Part shown: piece after piece, positions 15,866 to 15,909 of the stretch
Layout: every line of letters begins with the position of its first letter
How positions within the stretch are numbered: the stretch's first letter is position 1
Program-made: the position numbers and the translations under genes
Assembly: GCA_964457525.1 (NCBI GenBank)
Contig: CAYWGS010000027.1
Span: forward strand, 1 to 15,909
Length of the DNA: 15,909 nt
Source of the DNA: an uncultured Erysipelotrichaceae bacterium
GTDB taxonomy: Bacteria > Bacillota_I > Bacilli_A > Erysipelotrichales > Erysipelotrichaceae
Reading direction: 5' to 3'
Notes under the pieces: model-generated
Database searches by the model: none
What the model was told of the DNA's origin: nothing
What the model saw: only the letters and a program-made list of their open reading frames with translations

Positions 15866-15909
15866 TTTACCTTCATTATGTTAAAGGTAAGAATGCTCGA
15901 TCATTTACG

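Noticed and set aside
15867-15890. Hairpin TTACCTT-(10 nt)-AAGGTAA after the esterase terminator
   Set aside because: The stem is short and AT-rich with a large loop and no U-tract on either strand. It lies at the window edge, so its context (a possible downstream convergent gene) is not visible.
1-15909. Scan for CRISPR repeats, IS/transposon ends, tRNA/rRNA, long direct or inverted repeats, and alternative genetic code
   Set aside because: No periodic repeats, terminal inverted repeats, integrase/transposase ORFs or tRNA-like structures were seen by eye. Long ORFs are intact under the standard code with TGG Trp, so there is no sign of UGA recoding.

Overview
This is a low-GC, Bacillota-like chromosomal segment with 14 credible protein-coding genes on both strands. 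I found no rRNA, tRNA, CRISPR array, transposase, integrase or long repeat. Gene content is mixed housekeeping and accessory: a PIIA P-type cation ATPase, a DUF853/YjgR-family HerA-like ATPase, MntP, a metallophosphoesterase, a zinc-ribbon membrane protein, an MBL-fold hydrolase, and a 113-aa orphan. It continues with a YpfJ-type zinc metallopeptidase, a Sua5/YwlC-type TsaC, a multi-pass membrane protein, a GAF-GGDEF diguanylate cyclase, a Gfo/Idh/MocA oxidoreductase, two alpha/beta hydrolases and a 3-hydroxyisobutyrate-dehydrogenase-family reductase. The strongest signal not explained by the ORF track is a yybP-ykoY (Mn2+) riboswitch at 2651-2740 on the minus strand, with its own promoter and a terminator expression platform, in the leader of the P-type ATPase. 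This implies the ATPase is a Mn2+ (or Mn2+/Ca2+) exporter. Together with mntP two genes away, it marks a manganese-efflux neighbourhood. Secondary observations are two leaderless-type promoter/start arrangements, a translationally coupled GGDEF/membrane-protein pair, a zinc-ribbon-membrane-protein/metallophosphoesterase operon, and several palindromes in leaders. I do not see convincing evidence for a new multi-gene system such as a defence island. The candidates listed are modest and rest on reading the sequence by eye, so all family assignments need HMM, BLAST or covariance-model confirmation.
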